A DNA stretch of 64,000 nucleotides from Octopus vulgaris (lineage: Eukaryota): the NCBI GenBank assembly GCA_951406725.2, contig OX597820.1:2852001-2916000 (forward strand), read 5' to 3'. This document shows positions 48,656 through 63,624 of the stretch, piece by piece. How positions within the stretch are numbered: the first letter of the stretch is position 1; every line of letters begins with the position of its first letter. The position numbers and the translations under genes are program-made. The notes under the pieces are model-generated. The model was not told the origin of the DNA and searched no databases. It saw nothing but the letters and a program-made list of their open reading frames with translations.

Positions 48656-51629
48656 GTGGAAGAGAGATACCAGCTGGTCTGAGTGCTCTCTACCCACAAT
48701 AACTAAAAAGACTACAGCAACTCAGGGAAACTAAGCCAGAACAACCTGCCATCCTCTACACACCATCATAAACTGCGAGCAGGGTACAAATTGTTGTCCT
48801 TAAATGCTCGCAGTTTATGCAACAAAATACATTTGTTCAACGCCTACGTCAGAAGTGTTGACCCTGACTTCATCACTGTCACGGAAACATGGGCGCATTC
48901 CTTACTCTGTGATGGGGTTTTCAACATTACGGGGTACAACCTCTTCCGTAAGGACCGCACTAACCGCCGTGGTGGTGGTGTGATGGTCTACGTTCGTTCA
49001 AATTTTTTGGTAATTCCTTGTGCCGATTTGAACGAATGACAAGAAGAAGTTTTTTTCTGTGACGTGCGTATGACCATGTCAACACTCCTGCTTGGCGTTG
49101 TTTATCGTCCCCCAAGTTACCATCGGGACACACAGCTTTGCAATGTCCTCCGAGCTGCTGCCAGGAAAACAGCCACTTATGTGTTTATTGCAGGCGATTT
49201 CAATCATCCTGAGATCGATTGGGAGACCTTCCATTGGCCACAGAGTGCAAACGATTTTGTTGAGCTTGTGCTGGACTCAAACTGGTCACAAGTAGTCACC
49301 TCTCCAACAAGAGGCGACAACACCTTGGACCTGCTCTTCACCACAACTCCTGAAGCGGTTATCAATTGCACTACGGAGGAACCTCTAGGTGACTCTGATC
49401 ATGCTATGATCATCGCCAATCTGGCTCTTGCGGGCAACAAAAACCTGAACCATCTCCAATCTGCTTCCTTCGATTGGAAGAGAGCAGATTGGAACCTGTA
49501 CCACACTGAACTACAGCACCCAAACTGGCGTGAATTCTACAACTCTGGAGATGTGAATACTATACTCCAGAGTATCCTGGACTCAATATGGGCAGCATGT
49601 GCAGCATCAGTGCCACGTAAACAAAAAAAGAAGAACCGCCCCAAAAGGGCAATTTGGGAAACTTCAGCGGTCCGACTTGCCAGGAGGGAACGTCGGACTG
49701 CTGAACGGGAATACAGGTTGCATAAATCAGACACCAACAGGAAGAAGCGGAATAAATCCTCCAACCATCTCAAGCAAGTGACAAAAAAAGCAGTGCTTGA
49801 ATTTGAACAGTGCATAGCAGCCAATCCTAACAGCAAGGTTTTCTGGAAATATGTGCACTCAAAGCAGAGACCTCACTCTCCAGTGGGCCCTCTTCGCAAC
49901 CCTCACACAAACCAGATCACTGACGACCCCAAGGAATGCGCAGAACTCATTGCCGAGTGCTATGCAAACATATTCACTGTTGAAAGTCAAAATGTACCAT
50001 CTTCACCATCACTAACAGCAAACTCCATAACAATTATGGAATTTACACCTGCAATGCTGCGACGTCACCTTCAAAATAAGTGCAACTATGCCTCCCCTGG
50101 TCTCGATGGAGTTACATACCTGCTTCTCAAACGTGGCAGGCACTTCCTTTTACACCAGCTTTCTATTTTCTTCCAGTACTGTCTCAACAATGGTGCTACT
50201 CCGGAGCAGTGGAAAACTGCCAGTGTCATTCCTCTGTTCAAAAAGGGCGACCGCACATCACCTGTCAACTATCGCCCAGTCAGTCTCACTAGCTGTATTG
50301 CAAAACTGATGGAATCGTGTGTCAGAGAAACACTCTGGAACTTCTGGAGCTCTCACAGTCTCATCCGACCCTCACAATATGGATTTGTCCCTAACTCCAG
50401 CTGCAGTGACCAGCTTGTCGAGTTCCTTGAGGACATTACTCAGATTACTGACAGTGGCTCATGGGTGGATGTTGTCTACCTTGACTTTGCTAAGGCTTTC
50501 AACTCTGTGCCACACAAAAGGCTTATGGTGAAACTCTATGCAATGGGTGTGGGGGATGACCTTTTTAACTGGTTGAAATCCTTCATCCTCAGCCGAAAGG
50601 AGGTAGTCACAGTTCTAGGACAGCACTCTACACCATATGAGATGTCATCGGGTGTACCACAGGGATCTGTCCTTGGTCCCCTCTTGTTTGTGGCATACAT
50701 TAACGACATAGATGCCAATTTAAAGAATGCCACAGTATTGGAATATGCAGACGACATCAAGCTGTACCTTGAAATCAAGAGGACAGATCCTGATGTCTAC
50801 AACTCTTTCCTGCAATCAGACCTAGACACAATGCAGCAATGGATCACAGACTGGCAACTGAAACTGGCTGTGGACAAGTGTACCACCATGCATTTTGGGA
50901 GAAAAAACCCTGCGTTCACATACTCCCTCCACAACACTGATATCAAGAAATCCTCTTGCGAGCGTGACCTAGGCATCACTGTCAGCAGTGATTTGCGTTG
51001 GTCAAAGCATATCTCTAAGATTGTCAGGAAGGCCGAGGGTGTCTTGGCATCACTCAGCAGGTCTTTTGTTAGCCGCTCTCCAGCCATCTATTTAAAACTG
51101 TATACAGCTATGGTACGACCACACTTGGAATTCGCATCATCAGTTTGGAACCCCTATCTTGCACAGAACATTGACCTCCTGGAATCTGTCCAGAGACGTG
51201 CAACCAAACGCATACCCTCCATCAGACACCTACCATATTCTGAGCGCCTTGTTTCCCTGGGCATGGATTCACTGAAGCTCCGGCGTTTGGCGACGGACTT
51301 GGTAAACACCCACAAAGTTATCAACCACCTCACCAACAACAACACTGAACACCTTTTTGATCTCCATGTGTCTAACACACGTGGACATGCCTACAAAGTC
51401 AGATAACAATACAGCTCCCATGACTTTCGGAAACATTTTTTCACGCTCAGAGTTGCTGAAGCATGGAATAAACTGCCTGCGTCAGTTGTTGACTGCCATG
51501 ACACTGCATCCTTTAAGGCCCTCATGCTTTCCGAAATCCGCCGAAACTACACCTGATTATATATACACTTTAGATGAGTTGTAGTGCACCTGAGCACTGT
51601 ACACAATTATTATTATTATTATTATTATT
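48656..51629 (+). mobile_element. CR1-group LINE: end of ORF1 plus nearly intact ORF2 (APE-RT), inserted in a CORE SINE
   Basis: SLNARSL, TETW, GDFN, DLLF, SDH, YRPVSLTS, YLDFAKAF, GVPQGSVLGP, YADD; premature stops ending at 49039 and 51406; (ATT)n tail; SINE halves join across it. Confidence 0.93.
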
Positions 51630-52224
51630 AAATCCACTCAGAAGGGCTTTAGTTAGGTCTGAGGCTATAAAACAAGACTCTTGCCGAAGGTGCGGCGCAG
51701 TGGGACTGAACCCAAAACCATGTGGTTGGGACGCAAACTTCTTACCACAGCCATTATTGGGAAAGAAACTAAAACCGTGTTGCCATATTTGGCCGGGACG
51801 TGTTGTAACTCCGTGGATGTGTTAGTCTTATAAATGTGCGGAATGCGTCGGTTCGGAAACCGAAAATGACGGAGTGTGGAATTGGAGGAAGTGAGGCTAA
51901 CATAGCTACGGAGTGTAGAATTGAGTGATTGATGACATATCATGTGGGATGCAGAGAGAGAGAGAGAGTGTGAGTGAGAGAGAGAGAGAGAGAGAGAGAA
52001 ATGGAGAAGCGACGAAGGTGGGTGGGGCAGGAAAAGAATAACAGATTGAGGCTGCTTACTTGAAATGTTTTCCTGCATCAACAAGTCGATGTTGAGAGAG
52101 AGAGAGAGAAAAAGCGAGAGAGAGAGAGAGAGAGATGAGCAAACACAGTGTAGCCGCGATTAGAGAGGGAAAGAATGAAACTAGACAAGAGCTGTTTTAG
52201 AGAAATGATGACAGACAGACAAGC

Positions 52225-52304
<80 letters not shown>

Positions 52305-54797
52305 GAACTGATAGACAGGCTGATTGATACTGTATTCTCCTGCATTAACAAATCGATGTAGTGTAGAGAGCAACATGTAATGTAACCATTCAACCATCAT
52401 TACTACCCAACCAACTCCTCTTGCATTTCACATGGAATTTTTGGTTCTCCACCGTCACCCTGGTGCAGAAGTCAACCTATCTTTTTTGGTTGTGAAGTTC
52501 GGTCTGAAAAATTAAACTCGTACATCGGAAAATATGGCAGGGCACTGCGGTCGATGTAATCGACGTCTCTCCTCCTTTCAAAACTGTTGGCCCGAATCCT
52601 GCAATGTACTGGCATCGCATTCAGGGGGATGTTGTGATCTTGGTCACTCATAAGCCTTGGGAATCGGGTAACCGACCCTGTGAATCCTAAGGCTCAAGGA
52701 AAAAACTGTGAAAGTATCTTCTGTTGACACGGGATTTTAAAGGTCATCGACATCACAATGTGTCTGCTGTGGGTGGTGGTGGCGGCGGTAGGGGGTCATG
52801 ACTCGAACCCACGCAAAATAAAATACAAACTGCTCCGAAGGTGAGGGCCTTGGTATGGAGGCTGAGCTTATTTTCCGGTCATTGGACGGCGGCAATACTG
52901 GAGCATCGCCTTGAAGGGGTTTAGTCGAACAAATCGACCCCTGTATCCAGTTTTAAGTACTGGTACTTATTTTATCGGTTTTCTTTTATCGCAAACAAAC
53001 CAACACCGATTGTCAAACGTGGTGGGAATAAACACAAAGGTATACACATACAACAAGCTTCCTCTCAGTTTCCGTCAACCAAACTCACTCACATGGCTTT
53101 GGTCAGCCTGGGGCTACAGTTGAAAAAAAAAACACCTACGCAATATATATAAAGATTTTCTTTCTGAACCTTCTGAAGGATGTTTGAGACGGTTTTGAAT
53201 TTGCCTGTCCATTGTGCAATCGTACCGATGTGCAGTCATTGGAGATGTTGCTGCCTAGAAGTCTGGATCGGAGGAGTGTCTAATTATCGCTTCTGTGCTG
53301 AGAAATGAAGGAGTGATGCAGGAGAATTCTATTGACATATTAACCGAAGTTTTCTAAACGTTAACTATCAAGTCAGTTCATGTATGTCCTTACTCGGGTG
53401 CTGAACTAATAGCTGTAGGGCTTCCAGAATGTGAGCAATGATCTGTATCAATAAGATATTTGGGTTTGGTAAGGAGATGGAAGAACAAAAATCTGTATGA
53501 AGTTCCAAATGCTAAGTATTTACCGGTAGCAAAAATGTTGTCGTTGTGACGAATGACAGCAAAAAAAAAAAAAAAAAGAAGATATTCACACTAAATGAAG
53601 CAAGCCAACAGTTTGTATGAAATGGTGAAATGTATATTAGCGATGACAGTAACCATGAGTTGTGTAGATTCTTACAGTATACTGGTTTAAACTGTGTCAC
53701 GACCACCGTCAGTTGCTAGATAAACGATCTTATAAATGGTGTATCAATGAAAAGGCGCCAAAGACAAAATTGTTAATGACATTTCTGTTTGTACAAGAGA
53801 CTTTAGAGGTCAGTTGTTTGCTGACGTCATCAATATTTGACAAAATTCCGTTTGTGTTGTCTAGTCATCTTTACATATGGACACAGTGATTCGGGCTCGA
53901 TTCCTAGGTAGTGAGTGAGTGTTTGAGACTGCCAATTTACCTGCTACAGATCTATTGCAATGTAAACTTGGTTATGGTCTGTAACCTTCTGATGCTGAAA
54001 AGCTTTTGTTGAGGTCGAAAGTTAATAGGGAATCCTGCATCCCTTTTCTATCCCTTAGCATAATAGAGTTGTCACATATACTAAACGGTACACAAGCAAG
54101 CACGCAGCTTTGACTTCTGTTTTTACACCAAAGGGCTCAAATTTCTACCTTTCAACAACCCAAATCGTTACCTTGTGTGGACTTGGCAAAGGAAATTAAC
54201 TTATGTGGGCGGTTAGTAAATTCTCTGAAAACAATTCACAGAAGTCCTCTGTTTATTGTATAAACAGCTCTTTTGATAGAACCACAAATGCATACATAGA
54301 CATTTGCATGTATGCATGCATAGGTAATGATTGCATCACGATGTCAAGCAATGCCATCGTTTGATTGATCCCTCAAAGCAGCATGGATGTGGCTTTTCTA
54401 TCCTACGATGGACCCTCACGCTTTTGCACGGATGTGACAGCGATGGACTCCACTTATAGCAGACGTTTAGAGACTTGCCACTAACACTGACACAGGCCTT
54501 CATTCCTTCGTGGGATTTTTCTTTGAGTTTTTTGCCTTCTTTCGGCCACAGTCAGCCATAGTATGCAACACAGAATATAATTATCAAAAAAGCAGGCAAT
54601 GCTTGTGTCTGAAGCTATTTAAGCAAAGAAAGGCTTTGCACGGGGTCGATTCCACTTTCTAAACAACATGTGTTTTCCCTAAAAGAACTAGTCTACATCA
54701 GTGGATGCAAACGAAATCGCAAGTGTTACATCAGAATTCCCTTCTTCTAAAGAAGGTTCTGTCTAAAGAAAGGTTCTCTTACTTCCAGCTGTTGGAT

Positions 54798-55014
54798 ACT
54801 CTCTTTTTACTCTTTTACTTGTTTCAGTCATTTGACTGCGACCATGCTGGAGCACCGCCTTTAGTCGAGCATATCGACCCCGGGACTTATTCTTTGTAAG
54901 CCCAGTACTTATTCTATCGGTCTCTATTGCCGAACCGCTAAGTGCCGGGGACGTAAACACACCAGCATCGGTTGTCAAGCAATGCTAGGGGGACAAACAC
55001 AGACACACAAACAT

Positions 55015-55088
<74 letters not shown>

Positions 55089-55251
55089 GACAGGCTTCTT
55101 TCAGTTTCCGTCTACCAAATCCACTCACAAGGCATTGGTCGGCCCGGGGCTATAGCAGAAGACACTTGCCCAAGATGCCACGCAGTGGGACTGAAACCCA
55201 GAACCATGTGGTTGGTTAGCAAGCTACTTACCACACAGCCACTCCTGCGCC
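54798..55251 (-). mobile_element. Full-length major CORE-type tRNA SINE
   Basis: Head GGCGCAGGAGTGGCTGTGTGGTAAG, CATCTTGGGCAAGTGTCTT core, internal (AT)n(GT)n, tail hairpin CAGTC-AAAT-GACTG. Confidence 0.92.
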
Positions 55252-56179
55252 TTTGTCATTGATGGTCATTGATTCTACTGATTTCAGACCCCCTTTCACA
55301 GGATTTGTTTTTCGTCATACCAGCTGTCCACCGAAAACTATCTTCATGCACGCATACATAGATACGTACGTACGTAATACATACATACACTCAAAGACAG
55401 ACAGACAGATGTAAATTGACTTTATTTCTCAGATAATTAATATTCATGTTTCGAGCAATTTGAATTTGTGTAATCATTTAATTACTAATAATTCATTAAA
55501 ATATCGTTTTATTTTCCCTTTAGCTTTAATTCCACTTTCAATCACAGAATCGTAGAAATTAAAGCATTGTCGGCGATTAATCTGGATTTTTAATTTTTTA
55601 ATCAAAAATGTTAAAACGTTTAACGAATACATCTACCCGGCCTGTAACGAGCCTCAAACATTCTCTGTATATTTACCTCCACTGACCCTGACATACATAC
55701 ATATTCTTTGTGACAATGTTTTATTATTTTCTTTCTCTTGCAACATTATACGGTCGGTTTTTTTTTTCTTCTTCATTTGGTTATGTGAGACATTCTTAAC
55801 TCTAATATTCACTGGTTCAAAAGATTAGGTTGCGGGGGCTTAAAGCTATATATATTCGTGACAACTAACCCATGAACGAAAAATATTTTGCCGCCTTAAC
55901 AAAAAATGCAAGTTGTGTGAGGCGAAGGATGACACTAAAGAGACACACCACAGTAGCATTTGACCTAATTGGAAATGATGGTGGCAAAACGTGGGACGAA
56001 CAGACATTTTATACATGTCCTTTTATTTTGTTGTTATACATTAAAGAAATCCAATAAAACTGATATATTAGAAACGATGAAAAAATAGTGCTGGGTTATA
56101 CCTACTCAGTGCGTCCACTCCTAGACTTTGTTTCCTCATAACTTTAATAGGTATTTTTAAATGAAATCTTCTGGAAATA

Positions 56180-56410
56180 CCTTTCAGATGGTATAGAATT
56201 CGATTGTATCGGAATTTAATGCAACAAGACAAACAAACGATGGCTGCGCACACATCCTGACACACAGCACAATTTTTGCAGAATTTCAAGTTACATTTTA
56301 AAGACATGTGATGTGCATAACAATGCCTGTGTGCATCCAACAATTTCTTTTTCTTTTTTCTTTTTTTACATTAAATTCCGATGCAATCGTATTCCACTCC
56401 GTCTGAAAGT
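56180..56410. repeat. MITE-like inverted repeat
   Basis: CTTTCAGATGGTATAGAATTCGATTGTATCGGAATTTAATG pairs imperfectly with CATTAAATTCCGATGCAATCGTATTCCACTCCGTCTGAAAG. Confidence 0.7.
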
Positions 56411-58456
56411 GCTTCTTTGGCGTGTGATCTAAAGGGGAGATGACTTTGGGTTACTTTTTAAAATTATTTTGTACATACTTAGCATTGTAAATGTGTTTTT
56501 CAAAATTCTTACTATTTTAATAATAAAAACAGAAGATACTGTCACTCACATTTTTCTCCTTCAGCCTTAGACTCTTTGATTAAACAAATCTGTATCTTAT
56601 AGCATCGTCTAAATTCTAAACAAACTCCAAATGTTCGAACAATTTTTCACAATCGCAAAGTTTCTCTTCCCACCCACCTTTTTTAAAAATTATTTTGAGA
56701 ACCCAATTTTGATTTTAGGTTGTAATATTTCTTAAAAATCCAAATTGCTTCCTCTGCTAGTTTTCTTGGGGACTGTAAATCCGCTTAACCAGCATTGGGA
56801 GAAGCGCAATGAGAGATTAACAAAACAGCAAATTTCTTTTCGTAGATGAACCCATAAAATGCAACACTTTCTTTTTTTTTGCCAAGTTACTCAAGAAGTA
56901 CTTTTGTTGTCTCTTATACTGCTAGAAATATCGACTAAATCTTCCTCAAATTGCACTTTTCTATTTTAGACTTTGCGTAACGTAGCTCTTGACACATATA
57001 CCTGAAAATATGATAATATATAATAGGGATGGTCATAGCTGGAATGCTTTTTTATAACAGGTGTACTCCACGAGAACAAATGTTACTGTTTGAGAAGTTC
57101 AGGAATATTTTAGGGAAAATATTGCGTGTAAAATTATGTGGTAGATAAATGACGGAGAGGGTTACACTTTGAAAAAAAATGATTCCACTCATCCATTCTA
57201 TTTTCTCCGCCCAATATTCCTGGTAAGATTGTGGGGTAGAGCCTTCAGTCACCTCCTGCTTAGGGTCATATAAGAAGCAACCATTATTACACTTTCCGTC
57301 TGGATTCCCAAGCCTGACCAACTGAGTCTCCCCTGAGCCTCCTGCTTGTTGGCTCCGCTTGAAGAATCCGTCTTGCCATTCTAATACTGGAGTTGTGACT
57401 TCTCAATGTAGAGAAGTAGCAGCTTTACTTGGAGAGACTCCCTGATCTTCAAGCCATAAATTTTACCTCTTTTCAAACATATCATGATGGAGTGCCAAGT
57501 AGGAAAAAAAAATGACAAACCAATATTTTAAGCAGAATTTAAAAAATATAATCATGCTTCAGTTAGTTTCCCGGATTCTTTAAAGTCAAATCTGAGAAAT
57601 ATCTCAGAGTGGCCAGAGAAGAGATAGCCAGATATGCTAGACATAAGTGTGATAAAACAGCGAGGAGGCTTGAATACAAATTACAAAAATTATTTCGAAA
57701 GGATTTGTTTAACCAGAGCAGGCTTCATAAAAACAATTCGGTATACAGAAATACCACCACCAGGAAAATACAATCTAACGTTTCGGACCTTCTCTTTTTG
57801 CCAAAGAATGGGGAAAAGAAAGGAAGGAAATAATGCTCTTTCTTTCTCTCGGTGATCTTTTGTTTTCGGTACATATATCTGCGGGACTTATATTCGGCCC
57901 TTACGCTGTAACACCAGAGCTTCCCGGGATCACACACAGATGGAGGTGAGAAAACTCCCACACAACAGCATGAGCTTTGTCGAGCCAGACGTTGCGACTC
58001 TGAGCCAGATGTTTCTCCCATGCTCAATGTCCTCTGTGACCCATTATAGAGAATTAATCTCAGTGGAGCAAAATCTTCTGTTATTTGGAAGATCAAAAAC
58101 TGTGCAGAAGACCATCGAGGATTCTAAGGGATACATTTCCCCACTTCTGTCTCAGTTTCCCCTCACAAGAGGACCCACAATACAACACCCTCTTCCTTCT
58201 CTCCGTCTTCTATCATTTCATTTGTGTGAAACCCAAAATCCTGAAGTTCCCATCACTTTTGAGTACCAACTTATTTCTTTTGCTGACACCAGATGTCAGT
58301 GTTTTCAACCAACACCTGTTGTCCATTCCGTACACGAACTCACACCACATTTGTGACACTTTCTTTTTGCTACGTTGGTTCAAATACTCAGCCGCCCCCT
58401 ACTTGCTCACAATTTTTAATTCATAGATTATACATCTTCTACCTTTTACTTGTTTC

Positions 58457-58795
58457 AATGGCCTAGTGGTTAGGGCAGCGGACCTGCAGTCATAGGATCG
58501 CGGTTTCAATTCCCAGACCGGGCGTTCTGAGTGTTTATTGTGTGGAAACACTTAAAGCAACACGTAGCTCCGGTGGGGGTGGAGGTGACGAAACCTGCTG
58601 TAATCTTTCACAACAACTTTATTTCTGTTGTACCTGTATTTCAAACTCTGTGCCACGCTGAATCTCCCCCGAGTACTATGTTAAGGGTACACGTGTCTGT
58701 GGAGTTCTCAGCCACTTGCACGCCAATTTCCCGAGCAGGCTGCTCCATTGATCAGATCAACTGGAACCCTCGTCGTCGTAACTGACGGAGTGCCA
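58457..58795 (+). mobile_element. tRNA-derived SINE (family of 60161-60544)
   Basis: TGGCCTAGTGGTTAGGGCAGCGGAC head and shared 3' half. Confidence 0.8.
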
Positions 58796-59372
58796 CGATA
58801 ACATTATACACGTGCGTGCGCATATGCACAGGTGTGGCTGTGGTAAGAAGTTTGGTCTCCGGCTTCATGGTTCCAGGTTCAATCCCACTGCACCGTACCT
58901 TGAACAAATGTCTTCTCCAATGTCACCAGGCTAACCTAAATCTCAAAGCCTTGTGAACGGATTCGGTTGACAGAAACGGAAAGAATCTTGTCGTGTGTGT
59001 GTGTGTATGCGTGAGTTTGTGTGTGTAAGTGTGTGTATGAGTGTATGTGTGTTTGTGTGTATGTGTGTTTGTGTGTAACTTAGCAGTTCGGCAAAAAAAG
59101 ATCAATCGAATAAATGCCAGGCTTAAAAAATGTATTGGGCCGATTTGTTCGACTAAACCCTTCAAGGCGGTGCTCCAGCATGGCCACAGTCCAAAGATTA
59201 AAACATGTGAAAAAGTAAAAACATAACACTGGAAAGGTTTAAAAATTACAAAAAAGAAAAAGTGCCAACCGATTTCTGGTTTTGTTGTTCTTCCAGGAGC
59301 AGCGAACTATGTCGAGTTGTTTGTCGAGGTTTTCTCTTCTAATTTTATTCCCACCGTCCTAACAATCGTAGC

Positions 59373-59675
59373 ACGAGGGTTCCAGTTGATTCAATCAACG
59401 GAACAGCCTGCTCGTGGAATTAACGTGAATGTGGGAGATGCAGCGTGACACCGAGTGTGAGACAAGGCTGACCCCTTTGAAATACACGAAATAAGAGTGA
59501 GATAAAGTTGTGGTGAAAGAGTACAGCAGGGATCACCACCATCCCCTGCCGGAGCCTCGTGGAACTTTAGTTGTTTTCATTCAATAAACACTCACAACGC
59601 CCGGTCTGGGAATCGAAACCGCGTTCCTACGACCGCGAGTCTGCTGCCCTAACCACTGGGCCACTGCGCCTCCAC
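59373..59675 (-). mobile_element. tRNA-derived SINE (family of 60161-60544), internally deleted
   Basis: Reverse complement of the GTGGAGGCGCAGTGGCCCAGTGG head. Confidence 0.8.
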
Positions 59676-60160
59676 GAACCTAACAATAACATTTGACTGT
59701 TGTGTGGTTAGCATACCTATTATTTCTTAAACTTCAGATCTTGTGGGTTGCTGTTGTTTATCAAAATCCAACGTGTGAAAATGAATCAGCGGGGAACGTC
59801 ATGTTGGGTCGTTGTTCTCAATTTTCATTTTATCGTTTATAGTTTTTATATTTTATTTTGTTTAGTTATCTATTTAAAGAATTCGAGTAAAGTCCTCCAG
59901 AATATTCGCTAATAAACATCAAGCACAACAATACTAACGGTTCCAACAGCTCTGTCGCCAGACTTTTAGAGGGCCCTCTCCTGCAACCTTTTGTTTCGAG
60001 GCCCCATCCCTTCAATCAGAATTCATAATCTACGCACCTTTTATTCATAGCTATATTTTACTTTATTTCGTTTCTGGATTTGGTTTGCAAGATTCTTTAT
60101 GTGAGTTCGTGTGTTGAAGCATATTCTGTTGTGTCTGCGGAGAGCCATTCTCTTTTAGTC

Positions 60161-60544
60161 GTGGAGGCGCAATGGCCCAGGGGTTAGGGCAGCGGACTCG
60201 CGGTCATAGGATCGCGGTTTCGATTCCCAGACCGGGCGTTGTGAGTGTTTATTGAGCGAAACCACCTAAAGCTCCACGTGGCTCCGGCAGGGGATGGTGG
60301 TGATCCCTGCTGTACTCTTTCACCATAACTTTCTCTCACTCTTACTTCCTGTTTCTGTTGTACCTGTATTTCAAAGGGTCGGCCTTGTCACTCTCTGTGT
60401 CACGCTGAATATCCCCGAGAACTACGTTAAGGGTACACGTGTCTGTGGAGTGCTCAGCCACTTACACGTTAATTTCACGAGCAGGCTGTTCCGTTGATTC
60501 GGATCAACCGGAACCCTCGTCGTCGTAACCGACGGAGTGCTTCC
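60161..60544 (+). mobile_element. Full-length tRNA-derived SINE inserted in one arm of a foldback element (60121-60706)
   Basis: TSD CCATTCTCTTTTAGT at 60145-60159 and 60543-60557; flanks form an inverted repeat with 60657-60706. Confidence 0.9.
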
Positions 60545-61389
60545 ATTCTCTTTTAGTGCCTTATGATTTTCAACTATTGAAAAGGTTGCAAGACGCAACG
60601 AAAATTTTAGAAAAATAAATAAGAAATAAGTGGGAATTTTACCAATGAGTGTGTTAAATTATAAGGCACCAAAAGAGAACGACTCTCCCCAGACACAACA
60701 GAATATTTTACTATATTCTATCTGAAGTTCAGTATTTCACGATATCGTGGGGTCGGTAAGATAATGTACCGGTCACAATATTAGTCAAGCACTGGGGGGT
60801 CGATGTAATCAACTCGTGCCCTTCCCTTAAAATTGCTGGTCATGAACCTTACAACAAGGGTAATATTGTGGTCCTAGTCACTTGTACGCCATGGAAACCA
60901 AGTGACTGGCCCTGTGAGTGTAAGGGTCCTATAAAACCACAAGCGCACGCGCACATTCTTTTACTTGTGTCAGTCATTGGTCCACGGTCACGCTGGAGCA
61001 CTGCCTTGAAAGGTTTCGTCGAATAAATCAACCCCAGGACTTTTTTTTTCTTCAAGTCTGAGCTATCGTTTTTCTTTTTGGCTTTTTTTTTATTGTGTGT
61101 GTGTAGAATACGGGGATGTAAACAAACCAACGGTTGTCAAGTGTTGTAGCGATAAACACACACACACACACACACACTATACATACATACATACATACAT
61201 ACATACATACATACATACATACATGTATATGTATGTGTATTTTTTCAATGTGTACAAATAACACGGAAAAAATAAATATATAGTTACCAGGGTGGCCAAA
61301 ATTCGTATAAATGCCAAGGATATTACAGCCTACTTATAAAGGTGGAAATTCCAGGGTTGAATGAAATGTTTTTGTATAACGTGGATAAA

Positions 61390-61596
61390 TTAAGAAATTG
61401 AATCAAACGCAAGTGTTATTCAAATCCTTTATGCTTCCAACATATGTTTCGAAGAAAGCATTGAGATTATTCCGGAGGGAATAAAAATGATGTAAAACAA
61501 TGCAATCATCTCGGAATAATCTCAATGCTTTCTTTGAAACATATGTTGGAAGCATAAATGATTTGAATACCTCCTGCGTTTGACTCGATTTCTTAA
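61390..61596. repeat. Foldback element with about 80-bp arms
   Basis: TTAAGAAATTGAATCAAACGC...GAGATTATTCCG pairs with CGGAATAATCTC...GCGTTTGACTCGATTTCTTAA. Confidence 0.85.
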
Positions 61597-63624
61597 TACA
61601 TACATACATACATACATACATACACACACATACATACATATACACACACATACATACATACATACATACATACATACACACACATACATACATATACACA
61701 CACATACATCATACATACATACATACATACATACATACATACATACATACATACATACATACATACATACACACATGCATACATACAAGAAAACAAAAAA
61801 TGGAAAAAGAACATAACAGGCGACAACAAAAACATTTGGATGGTTGGACGATACAAAAAAGGACATATATATATATAATCAAAATAAGCAACAGGATATC
61901 ATGAGGCGATGCAGTATGACCATTTCAAGTGGCTCCATTTAATTGAACAATGCAATCATTACATCAAGTTAAATGCAGGGCTATCCTCAGCTGCATAAAT
62001 AAATAGAAATTTTTAATCAGTTGGACACATTAATATAATTTTACTTGAATACTCAAATAGAGCGAGAAGAAGGAGAAAGTCCATGTTGCTACTAATGTGA
62101 CTCAGAATATACTACACTTCTAAGAACTCTATGAAGTTTGTTAGGGTCATAGCTTGTAAATGATTGTGGTTGCTTTTAATGTATCAGTCTTTTTTTATCA
62201 ACTACCAAATCTAAGACAAGAGGACAGTGTTTGTTTAGAATGGATAGACAGAGTGAGTTGATGGTTTATAGTTGGGTATGATCATAAATATTGTCAGGAT
62301 TTAGAAAATATATAAATAATTGTCTATAAAGGAGGCTGGGTAGGGGAAGAACCTAAATCAAGATATTAATTACCAGTTAATGGGGCAAGACACTAATAAA
62401 ACCTATAATGTTAATACAAAGGAAATTATCATGGGGTACAATGGATGATTGTATATAAACAATATTGTTCTGTTGTATGAAGATAAAATTTAAGATTATT
62501 AAAAATGATATTATAACCAGAATAAATAAACTGTGTATATATAGCAATTTTCAACATAGAAAGGGAAGATTACATAGAATTAGTTTAGTATTCATACCAG
62601 TACTTAATTATTTTCTTATAAGGTGATTTCTGTAAAGATTGCTCTGGGTATTTACTTAGGGAATACTGGGGCGATAAATCATGCTATCTTTATATTAGTT
62701 ATAAGCTAAGAATCAGAAAAAAAAATGGAAAAAATAAGTTGTGCACAGATACATACACATATTTAACTATGTGCATACATACAAATATACACAAATATTT
62801 GTACTTTATTATGGGTAGGTTACAATCAACTCTTCCTGACTTAAATAATTAGAAAGTTTATATTTCTCTTTAAGAACATTAATAGCTTATAAGAGATAAG
62901 AAGTTAATAAGTAAATATATCAAAATAAGAAAACACAATAATAAGAAATTATAGAGAATAAGAAGAAAATATATACAATACTAGCAGGTAAGTTCACATC
63001 ACATACGACACCAAAATTGATTTCTCCTGTCCAGGTTCAAGTGCAGCACCTATAAACGCTAATTTCAAAAATATTTAAATGTACAGCTGACACTATGTAC
63101 GCATGATACCCTTAGGTCTAATCTATTATTAACCAGGTTGCTCTTATCCCTACACTTAAAAATTTCATATATTTCCATAGAGCACAGCTCACACCCATAT
63201 CGACTATCTCTATAAGGCTGCGCTTTCCTTATAATATCCCATTTAAGGCGAAATTTGATTCCGCTTTCCCTCAGTTCCCAAATCTTGCTAGATGAGGACG
63301 TACAATTGGCCTTATGTTTGAGCCTAAAAGATGAAAAATATTTATTAATGCGATTTTTTAATATTTATTGAACATCCTATATATACAATGTTACCAGCTA
63401 CATTTGTGATAGTACACTTATAGAACACATTTTGGGTTAGACATCAGCCTAATAACGGACAGTGGGATTTAACCCTACAATTGCAACTAGAATTACCACA
63501 ATTAATATTATTGATATTCATACCATTATTATTATAAATATTATTATTAATATTAATCCTACTACTACAATTGTATGTGTTATTTTCATATCCGGTATTA
63601 TATCTCCATATATATATATATATG

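Noticed and set aside
53150-54200. Penelope-like RT relic on minus strand (NIDDV), with similar traces at 10290-11100 and 61900-63600
   Set aside because: Too degenerate to delimit or classify by eye
57052-58426. Overlapping 70-140 aa ORFs
   Set aside because: No recognisable motifs or convincing splice signals; probably decayed repeat
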